Below are positions 1 to 14,568 of a stretch of DNA of 50,623 nucleotides, in pieces. Each line of letters begins with the position of its first letter. Positions within the stretch are counted from its first letter, which is position 1. A program made the position numbers and the translations under genes. Source of the stretch: Octopus bimaculoides (lineage: Eukaryota). Location of the stretch: contig NC_069002.1 of assembly GCF_001194135.2 (NCBI RefSeq), positions 2,078,097 through 2,128,719 of the forward strand, in the 5' to 3' direction. The notes under the pieces are model-generated. The model saw only the letters and a list, made by a program, of their open reading frames with translations, was not told the origin of the DNA and ran no database searches.

Positions 1-55
<55 letters not shown>
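1..55. repeat. (TA)n microsatellite
   Basis: Pure TA run at the window start. Confidence 0.95.
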
Positions 56-57
<2 letters not shown>

Positions 58-367
58 TATGCATACATATACAAATATGTATGTACGTGTGTGTGTAGCG
101 GATGTAAGTTTTGTATGCATATACATACACAGACACGCAGACACACGCACAGATTCACCCGTATATTTAGTGTACGTATGCATATATTATCTATTTCCGC
201 ACATCCATTCCTAAACGGAACCGTGCATATGTGGATGCTTTGGTATGTTTGTCTATGTCTTTATACATATACGTTTGTCTATGTGTTTACACATACATCT
301 CAATGTGTAAACATTGAGATGTATGTGTAGTCCTATGGGTATCAAAATATATATATGATTGTGTGTG

Positions 368-448
<81 letters not shown>
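368..448. repeat. (ATT)n microsatellite, about 27 units
   Basis: Pure ATT run directly upstream of a SINE head; source of the poly-N ORF 287..649. Confidence 0.95.
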
Positions 449-450
<2 letters not shown>

Positions 451-667
451 GGTGGTAAACTGGCAGAATTGTTAGAGCGCTGGACGAAATGCTGAGCAGT
501 ATTTCACCCATACCCACGTTCTGAGTACAAATTTCGCCGAGGTTGACTTTGCATCTAATCCTTTCGAAGTCGATAAAATTAGTACCAGTTGTACACTGGG
601 GTTGATATAATCGACTCATCCCCACCTCCTCCAGCTGCCCTTGTGGCAAAAATTTGAAATAATTATT
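449..667 (+). mobile_element. tRNA-derived SINE, family A, full length
   Basis: Head ggtggtaaactggcagaattgttagagcgc, B-box-like ctgagtacaaatttc, core gactttgcatctaatcctttcgaagtcgataaaattagtaccagttg and tail ttgtggcaaaaatttgaaataattatt; homologous to the copies at 26452 and 36648. Confidence 0.85.
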
Positions 668-670
668 GTA

Positions 671-755
671 AAGGCGGATAACTGTTTAGTACGCTAGCCA
701 AAACACTTCGCTCTGAGTTCAATTTCCGCCGTGATCGAATTTGCTTTTAATCGTC
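671..755 (+). mobile_element. Decayed family A SINE 5' fragment
   Basis: aaggcggataactgtttagtacgc...ctctgagttcaatttccgccgtgatcgaatttgctttt resembles the family A head and the start of the core. Confidence 0.5.
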
Positions 756-1913
756 TTCATGGGACTGTCACATTAAGTTGACAGCATACAACTACTTTNN
801 NNNNNNNNNNNNNNNNNNNNNNNNNNNNNNNNNNNNNNNNNNNNNNNNNNNNNNNNNNNNNNNNNNNNNNNNNNNNNNNNNNNNNNNNNNNNNNNNNNNN
901 NNNNNNNNNNNNNNNNNNNNNNNNNNNNNNNNNNNTATATATATATATATGTAATCTTTAGCGAGTTACGAGATGTACCCCAAAGGGGTCAGTGACATAT
1001 ATTTGTATAGCATAGAGGAATGCCAGTATGGCAACATCCAACAAAATTTTGGATTCAATGACACTATATCTGCCTCGAGGGCATATATCGTAATTACCAA
1101 ATAGCAGTTATGACCAACTCCACTTCAGTTGGAGAGATAATTTCCTGATTCTAGTATTGATCTTAATCGAACCGAAAACAACATGGTTACGATGTAAACT
1201 TTTTGATCAAACTTCATGCCAGATTACGTATATAATTTATTTTGTACAGTATTATTGTACTATTTTTGTTATTTCTCTGTATACGTCAAATTGTGTGTGC
1301 TTTTGTGTGATTGTAGCAATCTATTTAATGTATTTTATACTATTAAATATTATTAGATATTCATTTTTGAAACAATTTATATTACCATGTATGCGTATGT
1401 CTCCAACGCATGTGATAAATAACAGAATCCATTTCGCATTACTCTAACTATTACAGCTTGTAATATTAGAAAGTTATTATGTGACTATAAAGCTATATGT
1501 GTTCAGTGCAGATGTTGCGATCTAAGTCAGTACTTAAATGTATTTGTCACAAATAACAAAGAAAATTAAACAAAACAACATCTGACAGAAATTATGTGGT
1601 TATGAATTTATGTGTTTGAACTTATTTTTATATCATTTGGTTTTCCGTATAAGTGATTTTATTTTAAATTTAACCTAACATATATCAAAATAACTCGTTA
1701 AAGGTGTCGAAATTTAGAAGCACAAAAAGAGGAGAAAGAAAAAGAAACAGAATAAAGAAAGAAAGAAGGATAAAAATGACTATCAAAAATAATTTGGCAT
1801 TGTCTTGTTTGAAATTGTTTAGTAATCAATCATAGAAGCGCAACATTTCTTAGATCAGCAGTTTCTGAGATAATAAAGCGGAAATACAATCAACGGATCT
1901 GTCCAACATAAAG

Positions 1914-1914
<1 letters not shown>

Positions 1915-2012
<98 letters not shown>

Positions 2013-2082
2013 TGTGTATGTGTGTGTGTATATGTGTGTGTGTTTGTGTGTGTATATGTGTGTGTGTTTGTGTGTGTGTGAT

Positions 2083-2113
<31 letters not shown>

Positions 2114-2116
2114 GTT
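1915..2116. repeat. (GT)n / degenerate GT microsatellite
   Basis: Long GT run with ATGT/TTGT interruptions. Confidence 0.95.
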
Positions 2117-2293
2117 TGTATGGTGGTCGGCATTGACTTGGGAATGAGTAAATAAAAAGACAGGGAATGTATTTGAAGTTGCATAGGATTACACACACTC
2201 ACGCACACGCAAACACACAAATATATGAAGGCTTACACACATACACGCAAGCACACATTCACGCACACGCGCACACACCACACACACACATTT

Positions 2294-2965
2294 GGAGGTA
2301 GCAGAGCGGATGCCAAATTCTATAGGCCTATCAGCGAAATCCTGGAACGGATATTCCGAAGGAAACTAATCATGTTCCTCGAAGAGAATGAATTTCTAAC
2401 TGACACCCAGCATGCTTTCCGTCCAGGAAGAAGGTGCCTGACACAGCTTCTCCAATACTATGACTGGTTGTTGAAGCAGCAACTTAACCACTCAAAGACG
2501 GATCTGATATATCACAAATTTATGAAGGTCTTCCATAAAGTCGATTATGAAGTCGATATCTCATAAATTGCATGATCTCGGCATAGTTGAAAATCTACGA
2601 GGAAGGCTACATGACTGTCTGAAAGACAGAAATCATGGAGTAGTATTAATGGTGCTACCTGCAAAGAAACGTAAATGATTGCTCCCAACTGTGATCACGA
2701 GACAATGTGAAGTTAGTGACGGTGCTTAAAGCGTTTGTGTGACGGTATTTGAAGAAGGTAGCCTCAACGCTCCAATTGGCTACAAAGTAAGACTCAAGAA
2801 GTTAAAATTATTCTCCCTGGAATGAAGGCGGAAAATATAAGCTGCAATATACATCTCGAAGATCCTGGAAGAACGTATCCAAACCTTTGACGCTGAAGAA
2901 TATACAAATGATAGAACATTTGTGCCTAAAAATCCTTCCCTTGCCGCCAAAATACAGGATCAGAT
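2294..2965 (+). mobile_element. Decayed CR1/L2-clade LINE: reverse transcriptase start plus C-terminal region, internally deleted
   Basis: Translates FYRPIS..ILERIFRRKLIMFLEENEFLTDTQHAFRPGRRCLTQLLQYYD..TDLIYHKFMKVFHKVD (compare NYRPISL..QHGFR.GRSCLTQL..IYLDF.KAFDKVDH); downstream YKVRLKKLKLFSLE*RRKI*AAIYISKILE matches the CR1/L2 RLKKL.L.SLERRR tail. Stops and frameshifts are present. Confidence 0.85.
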
Positions 2966-4072
2966 ACATACATATATATATATATATATANNNNNNNNNN
3001 NNNNNNNNNNNNNNNNNNNNNNNNNNNNNNNNNNNNNNNNNNNNNNNNNNNNNNNNNNNNNNNNNNNNNNNNNNNNNNNNNNNNNNNNNNNNNNNNNNNN
3101 NNNNNNNNNNNNNNNNNNNNNNNNNNNNNNNNNNNNNNNNNNNNNNNNNNNNNNNNNNNNNNNNNNNNNNNNNNNNNNNNNNNNNNNNNNNNNNNNNNNT
3201 ATATATACACATACATACATAAATATATATATTTATATATATATATACACACACATATATGCATATATATACATACATACAGGCAAATACACCTAAGAAA
3301 ATAATCATAACACAAATATTTGGGGAAATAAACCTTATGCGAAGGACGAAACTGAAAACTAAACAATAATAGAAAAGTAGGAGGAAAAAATAAACATGGA
3401 CAAAATTTCTGTTAGAGTTAACTCGAACGGAGGAACGTATATATATATATATATATATATATATACGGATAAGCACAAAACATAAACAATAGATAAGCAT
3501 AAAACAGTGACAAAAGGTTAATACACTACAAACATTCACAACCGTGCTCAAACGTAAGTGTGAACACAATTTACTGCATATCCGTCTTTCCGAGCATATT
3601 TGGAAAATATCCTTATTTCACAAAATGCTTTCTCACTCACTCACTCACATAGATATCTACATATATGTATGCGCACACATGCATTTATATATGCAAGCTT
3701 CGGTATAAATATATATATGTATATGTATTTATATATATATACATGTATATGTGTGTATATATGTATATATATGTATATTTGCATATACATACATATTTGT
3801 ACTTGTCTTTGCGTGCATGTGAACTATTTCAGTATTAAGGTATTAACACCACTCTAAAGAACAAACATTACAAACAGGAAGATTTCCCCGTTTCTTTTAT
3901 TAACACTGGTTCCATATTCTTTTCGACTGGGGCTTTGTTGTCATGTATAACGTGTTTATTATCTGCGGTGGATGCACTTAACTTCCACTTCACAAACACA
4001 TACAAACACACATAACCCAACGAACTATATACATACACATACACACACACATATATACATACACACACACAC

Positions 4073-4114
<42 letters not shown>

Positions 4115-4603
4115 NNNNNNNNNNNNNNNNNNNNNNNNNNNNNNNNNNNNNNNNNNNNNNNNNNNNNNNNNNNNNNNNNNNNNNNNNNNNNNNNNNNNNN
4201 NNNNNNNNNNNNNNNNNNNNNNNNNNNNNNNNNNNNNNNNNNNNNNNNNNNNNNNNNNNNNNNNNNNNNNNNNNNNNNNNNNNNNNNNNNNNNNNNNNNN
4301 NNNNNNNNNNNNNNNNNNNNNNNNNNNNNNNNNNNNNNNNNNNNNNNNNNNNNNNNATTACTTTATCGATATCAATATATGTCGAAAAAGAATAAACGAA
4401 ATAAAATGGAAATAAATATATATTCGAACAACTAATAATGTGTTGTTTGAAACTTCTAAGTGGACATTAATCTTGCATGTTATAATTTATTTATACCATA
4501 TCTTCAAACTTGATATTATGGCATGACATTGTAAACTCTACACTGAAGCAAGCGTACTTGTTGTCTATGTTCTTTTATTGTTTGCTTCCCTTTTCAAAAC
4601 CCG

Positions 4604-4652
<49 letters not shown>

Positions 4653-5713
4653 CGCACGTGTATATATATCGACAGATATATAAATAAATACTTGGTACAT
4701 AGCCATGCTCAAAACGTCCACCCTCACGCACATTTTCTCCATTTTAACTGAGCGTCACCGTAATAATTCACTTTGTACGTCATTTTGACTTTTGCTGTTT
4801 GTGCTCTTATTTTTGCTTTTGTATTTGATTTGCCTACAGACACACACGCACACACACACAAACACACACACACACACGCACACACCCACTTATATATATA
4901 TATATACACAATACGATAAGATGCAACAATAAGGTCCTGCGCTTAAAACTGATTTTCCACGCATTTCTCAAGATTTCAGGTCTATCTGCTAGGGTTAGGG
5001 CCACTCTCTATAACAGAAATGATTTTAAAAATCAACTTTGACTTGGTACCTTTTAGGAATAGTAATTATTGTCCTTTCGCTCCAGATTGGCCTTGCCTTT
5101 GAAAACTATTAACGAAAGTGTTGTAGCTTGAAAATCACATTGTTTTAAGAAGCATAGAGCACAATGCAGAATTCCTTTTATTTTTGAATGACTGAGTATT
5201 GTTTTTCTGAGTCATAGTAGCAATTCTCTACAAGTTCTGCGGCCGTGTAAACGCCCTTTCACTCTTTCTAGTCATTATTGTCATAAAACAGTACAACTGC
5301 TGCATGAATGTAACAAGGTTACTGAAACAAGTATCGTCTCATTATTAGCGAACATTTTGCAAATATCAGTGAGGAGAGTTAAACCTCCGAAGACGTCAAT
5401 GTAATATTCACTTGCATTTTATAGCACTTCGTCTCGCAAAGTTACGTAACTTCGATCTGTGTCGACTGTTCACATGTATAAAGAAGATAACAAAAAACAT
5501 TTCCAACAAAGAGCTGCATCTGCCTTCATTTCTCATTCATTTGTGTGATTCTTATCTCAATAAACGTTCAAATGGCACTCTTATCTGTAAAAAGAGAGAA
5601 ATGTTACTCATACGCATGCAATCACATAGGCACAGGCGTATATACACACACAGACGTACACACACACGCTTATGTATATTTGCGTATATGTATGCATGAA
5701 TAAGCTATATATG

Positions 5714-5755
<42 letters not shown>

Positions 5756-7239
5756 TATAGACATGCATACCGAAACACAGAAACAGATACATACATACGT
5801 ATATACACACGTACAAACGTATACACACACAAACACACATATATATAAAATGTGCTTACGCGTATATAACAAATGATGAACTTTAAAACTATTAGCTATC
5901 TTTAACCATGCATTTTAATGGAGTAAATTTGAAATCTTTTCTAACTCCAGTTGCTTCATATATTTCATTGTGAAACTCAACTTCTAAAAGGTTACTGCGT
6001 TCAGAAAATATGGCGAAGTAACGAAGTGCAGTGACTATTATTAAGTAAGGATTGCCATTCTGTGAGTAACAAACGGTAAAATTTAGACAGGACTGTGGCT
6101 GATTTCCCCATATGTATCTATTTTAATAATTCTATGAAACACTACTTGGTAATGAGCGTCGTAGACTCGCATCTAAGCGGAAATGATAATTGCTATTACT
6201 TTTAGTTTCTAGTACATATGTACAAGAGGACGGCTAATTTATTGAATTAATGTCAAAATTTCTGTACGTCTAATAGTAGCAAATTATTAATTTTTGCATA
6301 GATGTTAACGCACAAGGAAAATAAACCGTGAGAATCAATAAGATATATATATATATATATATAATGTGTATTTAACTTATTTTATGCTACGATTAGAAAA
6401 CAATATATTTTGCACTATATCTGTTCATCAACATAAATAAAAAAAAGCAAGAAAAACATATGAGAGATAATTAAAAAGCAAATGTGGAAATGATATGAGA
6501 TCAATATAGCGAGATGAATGATATAATGTACGATGGTAATTGCTAACCATAATAGTAAGAGATAAAGTAATGGGGTTCTATATAATGATAAAATTTATAA
6601 AACGATAGCGTTAATATGGAGGAAAGAACAATATAGATTTGTGTATAGTAAATGAGATAATACTGATAAGCGAGGAAAATATGTTGCTTATCAAAATTAA
6701 TATTTTGGATGTTAATAATGTACAAATGTGACATGTCTGTTAGCAGTGTTACGAAGTTGTAAAAAAAAACGTGCTACATTATTGGTTAATTGATTTAATT
6801 TTATAAGGTTTTGTATGGTTCTGTGTTTCCAGAGTTGACGATTATTGTAAGTGAATGTTTATGAAAGGCAAAGCTAAAGTTCTATAATCGTGTCAAATGT
6901 AATTTCGATTAAAGTTGCATGCTCTCAACGCGGATGAGTACATATGTAATGAAGCGATCCTTAGGTAGACGTTGACAAAATCTAGAGGTTATATTAAATA
7001 TTTCGAACCACAAGCGTGGCAAACACAGTTAAGAAAGTTGTCATATATATATATATGTCTGCAAGCACACTGACACACACACACAGAGGTCATCTAAAAA
7101 GAACCGTTGAGAGGCAATCAACCGGGTGACATCGACTATATTAAAAGTTTATGGTTTTACCTTTCATGGTCAGTGATCCATAATACTGTAAATGAAGGGA
7201 GTGAGAGAAAGACACACACATAAAAGGTAGTGTGAGAGA

Positions 7240-7244
7240 GAGTG

Positions 7245-7287
<43 letters not shown>

Positions 7288-7322
7288 AAGAGAGAAGGAA
7301 GAGGAAAAAGAGAAAAAATAGA
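7240..7322. repeat. (GA)n / purine-rich tract
   Basis: GA run grading into A/G-rich sequence. Confidence 0.9.
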
Positions 7323-8971
7323 AACAAGACAGGTATCAGACACAGTTTGATTAAAAAATCAAGGAAATTTCTTGTACAAATGACCATTTCTTCCGTTTAA
7401 TAAAAAAAAAAAAAAAAAAATTCAGTAGGCAATTAAATGGTACAGCTAGAATATTGTACGGAATAATAGTGACAGCATGTATAGACAGCATTATTGAATA
7501 CCAGGTACTTAAACAGGAAATACACATCTACACACAGATGACAGTATATTAAAAACACGCTGACTAAAGTACAGGAAGTCATTCTAACAAGACCTGAAGA
7601 CAACGTCAAATCCCAAACGAAAAATTTCAAGCTGAGAAACATTTTCGGTAATTTTCGTCTAGAATGATTCATAATTTCGTTTTTGTATTTGGTTTGCAAG
7701 ATTTCTTTATGTGAATTCGTGTGTTGAAGCATAAGTAAATGAGTGAAAATCAGCGAGTGTGTTAAATTAATAAGGCACTAAAAGAGAATGACTCGCCCCA
7801 GACACACTAAAATCATTCATAATGTTTATGATATTAATGTGTTAAAACGATATGCTATGTGTTCTTTCGAGAAACTATATCTCTTAAAGAACTTAAGGAC
7901 CTCTAACGAACAGTAAAAGTTACAGAAATGAGATTATTTTCGTTATGCCCACATATTAAGAAATGCATCTTGACTGAATTTAAAAAAACAGGCCACCGGA
8001 CAAAATGTTAACCGGTGTAAATTGTGTTTCCTGAGATCTAGTTTAGTCAAAATTGGTTAAATTTCAGTTGAAATTCAACTATTTTAGGAATATTTTGTTT
8101 GATTTCTACTCTTGAACAAAGTATTGATTTAAGAATTAAGTTAAAAGACAAGCTGATGAAAGAACATTAGCAATACAAAGTTAAAAGCAATACAGCATAA
8201 TGCGATTCTTTGTATTAAGAAATCAACGTCAAAGAAACCGATGACAGCGTGTCTGTTCGATCTATCAGACACATCAGCTAAATATCTTTTGAAACACACG
8301 CTGATCCACAATCCACAATCGATCCATAATCAAGAGATAGTGTATGGGATTCCATAGCTTGAAACCGCAGTAGTTTTGAAAAAAAGAAGATCTGATGGAC
8401 TGTACCTAAAATTCATAGCTCCGTACGTGCTACTTATATCGTTACGAGTAACTGTACAAAACTTTTTCTGTAAATATAAAAGAGCTGCATACATAAATGG
8501 TTACACACGTACAAATAAATACACAAAGTAGCTGTCAACTTATAAACTTATATTAGAATGACTGACAAATTATCTTATCCTAGATGTTTAAGGCAACGGC
8601 TGTCACCAACGCCTATACTGAAATTAAAATCAATAACAGCTTGCACAACACCGCTAAGATTCTCACCTAAAAGCATTGCTGTTCAGAAAGAACCAAGAGC
8701 AAGATGTCTGGCTTCATAAACTGATAGGTGTTATTTCGAAATGTTGTTCTCTTACACAGGTGTCTATGCAACGTCTTGCGGTCTCTCACTCCCAGCTGTG
8801 AAGTGAGATTTGACTAAGTGTATCTGTTGTTGACAAGTTTGCTTTTCTTTTTCCTACAAGAAACTATGCAACGAAAATGATTTTTCTTACGAAGCCAACG
8901 TGAGGAGGTAGCCATTTTAGTCGCCTACATCTGCAAGACCATGTGAAAGATTATGTAGGGCTAAATAGATG

Positions 8972-8972
<1 letters not shown>

Positions 8973-9004
<32 letters not shown>

Positions 9005-9006
9005 AG

Positions 9007-9063
<57 letters not shown>

Positions 9064-9105
9064 TCATATCTCTCTCTCACTCTCTCTTTCTATCTATCTA
9101 TCTAC
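8973..9105. repeat. (ATCT)n tetranucleotide repeat
   Basis: Direct reading; gives spurious IYLS ORFs. Confidence 0.95.
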
Positions 9106-9444
9106 AATACATACAACAATACAAATACACACACACACGCCTGCACACACACACACATAGATATGTATACACAAACTAACACATATTTCAAATATTTTCT
9201 CTTTATGCTCAGAAAATATGAAAAATAGTTTTTCTGCAGTCAAAAAGTTTGAATATTACAAAAAATATTAAAAACAAAAACATGTTACCAGAGACGAAAG
9301 GGAACTTTCTTGCAGCAGACTTCCGTTTATCTCTTTTCGTTTTTAAAGAAAAGAAAGAAACAGATTTTATATAATTAATGATATTCATTTGCAGAAAAAT
9401 ATGCGTGTTCAAGTATATACACACATATTTGTATATGGGTGCAT

Positions 9445-9555
<111 letters not shown>

Positions 9556-9731
9556 TATGGTATGTATGTGCGTATATAGACGCACATACACATACATATA
9601 TCATGCATTATATATTGAGCATGAGGAATAGAATGAGAAAGAGTGAATAGAGCATAATCAAAAGATGAAAAGAAGGAAGGCAAGAATGGTCTTTCGTGTA
9701 AATGGTGAAATATGAGTATATATATTTACAA

Positions 9732-9762
<31 letters not shown>

Positions 9763-10038
9763 AAGAGAGAGAGAGAGAAAGGGAGTAAGAACGAGAAAGC
9801 AGGGAATGGGATGGGGTAGAGAAAAACATGATGGAAAATTGTTTTTCTTGCAGTAGACTGTTGAAGTTTATGTATATTTGTAGGAAAATGCTATTTTGCT
9901 TTTAAACATCAAGAAAACTACGAATTGCTATGATACCAATCCTACAATTCATCGAATGCAAAATATAAATTGATAGACAGTCACTGACATACTTTTCATA
10001 CAGACGCACGCACAGATAAGTTCCGTGTGTGTGTATGC

Positions 10039-10094
<56 letters not shown>

Positions 10095-11397
10095 GTATAT
10101 ATACATATATGTACATATATATATATATCCATATATATATACATACATGTATATATATATGTATATATATGTGTGTGAGTGTATGCCTGTATATATATAT
10201 ATATGTATGTATATATATGCTTATATATGCGTATTTATGAATATATGCATATATATACATACATACTTATATATATATATAATTAATCAAGAAGACGGTG
10301 AAAAATGACAAGAAAAAAAACAACACAAGGACGCGCTACATGTAAAATGTTGATAAGACGCTGAGAGAATAAAAGAAAGAGTGGTTGTTTCACGTTCCGA
10401 GTCTCGCTGATTCAGTGGTTATCTAATAAGTCGTTTTATATATGGTATAGATATACTACAAAAAAAAAGGTAATGAAAATCAACTACTATTGAGTAATGT
10501 AACGTTGAAGGGCTATCAGTAAAACAAAAAGACAATTGGTGGTATTAAGAAATTCTCCATAACATAACGCCAATATAAATTAAAAGTTTCTCTCATACAA
10601 ATAATAATAATATCTGCACCCATTTAAGTTGTCAGGCGCCACACAAGGCTTAACCATAAGGATTAAACAATCGAAATTCAATATAAATCCATCGCCTACT
10701 CTTATAATCATCTCGTTAATATTGTAAGCAGAAGAACAAAACACCTGTCATTTGATCGTGAAATGGCAACAATTGAATATTTTAAAGGTACGTATAATAG
10801 CTAAACTCTGAGAACGTGAAACTTGGGTATTATATGTATTCAATAATTTCCTATTAACAATGTATAGAATCAGAGAAAATGTTAAGAACATCATATGCAA
10901 AATACGCTAATCTCGGCAAGAGGAATATAATCTTGTACAATCTTCCGTACATGAATGCAATTACAAACATTGAAGAGGAAAAAAATAAAAAGAGGAAAAA
11001 AAATAATAAAAAGAGGAAAAAAATAAACAGTTTCGTTGAGATGCAGAATATTACTGAAATGCATAGATTTCATAATACCTTCTGTATAAATCTCCTAAAA
11101 ACAGTAACAATTGTCTAAATAAGATGCGATCCCAAATCTTCGACTGTAAATGAAACCTCAAAAATAACCCCCACATCAACATTATGAGCACTTTATTAAA
11201 ACGGAATTAGGCAGCCTACTGAAAGCATAATTCTGATAGCGACTAAGACATAAAAAATGGAAATACATTCAAAACTTGATGTGCGTAGCACAATTATTTA
11301 TTTAAATCCAGTCATATCAGATTCTACCGCATTGTAGCAATATAACTGGAAAAATAATTCATAAAATAATGTGGATTATCGCCAGAAAATTTACGCT

Positions 11398-11679
11398 ATA
11401 CTGGTACTCCGTCGGTTACGACAACATGTGTCCTATTGGATCCGATCAGCGGAATAGCCGACTCGTGATATTAACGTGCAAGTGGCTGGGCACGATTGTA
11501 AGGGATATTCAGCATGAATCAGAGTGTGAAAAGGCAGGCCGTTTTGAATTCCAAGTACAACTCATTTTTGCCAGTTATGTGGACTGGAGCAACGTAAAAT
11601 AAAATACGTCGCCAGATATCGAACTCCCAACCTTACTATATTGAGATGAACACCGCAACCCCTAAGCCAGATGCCTTCA
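11398..11679 (-). mobile_element. tRNA-derived SINE, family B, internally deleted
   Basis: ctggtactccgtcggttacgac...ctcgtgatattaacgtgcaagtggct...caactcatttttgccagttatgtggactggagcaacgtaaaataaa...gaactc...cctaagcc is homologous to 48385-48705 (-) and 46113-46440 (+). Confidence 0.85.
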
Positions 11680-12371
11680 GATGAGACTATACAGACAGCA
11701 GATTCTGTGAACCAGTTAAATGTTAAATGTCATACGTTACATATTTACTTAGTCTTGCAATATTTTAAGGAAGGAGAGACGAAGAACTTGCTGATGAACA
11801 TAACAAAAAAAAAAACGTAATCAACAACGGTTTCAATTAAACCGTAATAGACTGTTTAATTGAAAGTGATTTAGAAATTCTTTCTTTCTATCTGTCTGAC
11901 TGTCTGTAGCGCTCAATCTCCAACGAAACCACACGCTCACATATGCGTGTCAATGTGTATACATTTATATAGTTATAATAGTTATAACATACATATACAT
12001 ACATATGTATACATACATATACATACATAAAGACTCACACAAGCACGGACACACAAACACACACACACACACACACAAAACTAAAGTAATTGCTATCAAG
12101 AAGGAGTATGATTATATATTTATTTATTATTCGCTACAATTGTTTCGACACAACGTAGTTCTCCAAGAATACAGGTATTTGATTTTGTAACTGTTTGTTT
12201 GCATAATGAGATCCAGTTGTATTTCCTCAGGCGATATACAAGTGTTGTCTCCGTTAATTCAAAATCATTCCCTTCAATGTCATGTTCTCTGTTCGTCGTG
12301 GTTTGAATTTAGTAGCGGCTTTCCGACCCATAATAAATTTAAAAAAAACATATTATTGTGATATATTATTC

Positions 12372-12428
12372 TGTGCCCCAGCATGGCCGCAGCCTCAAGG
12401 CTGAAACATATAAAAGAATAAAGGAATA
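12372..12428 (+). mobile_element. 3' tail fragment of SINE family C
   Basis: gtgccccagcatggccgcagcctcaaggctgaaacatataaaagaataaagg matches the tail I recall for this octopus SINE (ccagcatggccgcagt...ctgaaacaagtaaaaga). Confidence 0.6.
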
Positions 12429-13162
12429 CAGTTATTATTATAATATGAGCCTTTCATAGTAGCTTTGTATCCGTAATTTACAAAACCTTCCGCGTTTGAT
12501 TATAAATATTATATGTACTATTCCTGGAACGAATAGATATGACCTATAGTCACATCTGGATTGCGCTAAGTGATGAAAAATATAACTGACTGGATTTAAC
12601 TTGAACTGAAGCAAAATTCAGCGTAAATAGGAGAAATGAAATTTGGAGGTAGGCTTATGAAATTTCGGATTATAATAGATATCACAATGCGGTTTTAAAT
12701 TGGGAACGATATTTCTCTTGGTTATACATAGATTTACAAACACTTGCGCACACTTGCATACGCGTACATACACACAAACACACAGGCACACTCAAATTAC
12801 ACACACACATATATTTAGCATTGAAGCAACACTCAAATAAAGAAATACAGGCGCGCGCGCACACATATGTATGTATGTATGTGTACATGTATACCATATA
12901 TACGCATGCAAACACATGTAAGCAAACATATTTCATAACATATATCATATCAAATCATATCACATATGTCATGTTTTATTCGGTTATCTTTTCATATCAT
13001 TCAAACCAATTTTTTTTATCGTTTTATCGGCAAAAATTGACACAAAACATGAGCAAGAAAAAAGTATGAATTTGTAAGATTAATGATAATTCAATTTCAC
13101 CTATTCTTTTCTATCATTTTCCATTTGTTTCCATACATAAATACATTCATCCACACACACAT

Positions 13163-13199
<37 letters not shown>

Positions 13200-13599
13200 C
13201 AAACATATACATATACACACACACACACACACATATGTATATATATATATATATATATANNNNNNNNNNNNNNNNNNNNNNNNNNNNNNNNNNNNNNNNN
13301 NNNNNNNNNNNNNNNNNNNNNNNNNNNNNNNNNNNNNNNNNNNNNNNNNNNNNNNNNNNNNNNNNNNNNNNNNNNNNNNNNNNNNNNNNNNNNNNNNNNN
13401 NNNNNNNNNNNNNNNNNNNNNNNNNNNNNNNNNNNNNNNNNNNNNNNNNNNNNNNNNNNNNNNNNNNNNNNNNNNNNNNNNNNNNNNNNNNNNNNNNNNN
13501 NNNNNNNNNNNNNNNNNNNNNNNNNNNNNNNNNNNNNNNNNNNNNNNNNNNNNNNNNNNNNNNNNNNNNNNNATATATATATATATATATACATATGGG

Positions 13600-13678
13600 A
13601 ACGAAACTGAAATTTCGACGGGTAAGGAATCGCCGATTACATCGACACCAATACTTGAATGGTACTTTATTTTACGCT
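13600..13678 (-). mobile_element. Family A SINE 3' fragment
   Basis: cgccgattacatcgacaccaatacttgaatggtactttattttacg is the reverse complement of the family A core/tail junction. Confidence 0.55.
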
Positions 13679-14210
13679 TCTGAAGAATGAAAATTAAAAA
13701 TAACGTTGGTCGGATTCAAGTTGTGAATGAAATATTCCGTAACTAAATGCTTCACAAGTAAATTTATTTTGATGCCTCGAAGCATTTGTTTGCAACCATC
13801 TCTACAGGGTGCGGCGTAAAGAAATCCCCGTTGATTTTTAGTCAAAAATGTTAGTAAAGAGCATAAAAACACACGAGTCCTGGTCATGTAACATATGTTT
13901 GTGTGTGCATGCATATTTTTATATGTGTGTATGTGTATGTGTTTGTATATGTGTGTATGTAAATGTTTGTATATATGTGTATGTGTTTGTATATGTGTGT
14001 ATGTAAATGTTTGTATATATGTGTTTGTGTGTATTTGTGTGTGTGTATGTGTGAATGAATGTAACATGTGTTTCATTCAATATGTCTGCCCTTAGCCTTC
14101 AAAACCGCCTAAAGATGGTCCGGCATATAGTCACATGAACGCTGCATAACGTCTTCAATTAAACGATCCCATTATGTTAGTAAGGCTTTTTTTCAGAGCA
14201 GTGATATTTA

Positions 14211-14272
14211 CCTTTCGTCCTTTCGGGGTCGACAAAAGAAGTACCAGTTGCACAACAGTGGTTTTTTAACGA
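14211..14272 (+). mobile_element. Family A SINE core fragment
   Basis: cctttcgtcctttcggggtcgacaaaagaagtaccagttgc closely matches the core of the 26452 copy. Confidence 0.7.
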
Positions 14273-14344
14273 TAGGTCAATCACTAGTTCGTTACGTTTA
14301 TGAGTGTGATAGTTATATATTTCTAAAATTTTTACTCGTTTCAG

Positions 14345-14502
14345 AGACTTAGTCGAACGAATCGACTCCTGTACTTTCCTTTTTAAGCCCGGTACTAATT
14401 GTCTCAGTCTCTTTTTCCGAACCACTAAGTTACGTAAACACACCAACACCAGTTGTCAAGAAGTGGCGCGGCAAAGGCAGACACAAAAACAGACGTAAAC
14501 GC

Positions 14503-14568
<66 letters not shown>

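Noticed and set aside
4990-5000. TAGGGTTAGGG telomere-like sequence
   Set aside because: Fewer than two full units; chance.
7433-7732. 99-aa hydrophobic, Cys-containing minus-strand ORF in unique sequence
   Set aside because: No recognisable motif, signal peptide or splice context; ORFs of this size are expected by chance.
7771-7778. TAAGGCAC, the miR-124 seed
   Set aside because: Seed-only match; downstream sequence differs and there is no precursor.
13803-13840. TAcagggtgcggcg, a Tc1/mariner TIR-like start
   Set aside because: No partner TIR or transposase remnant found.
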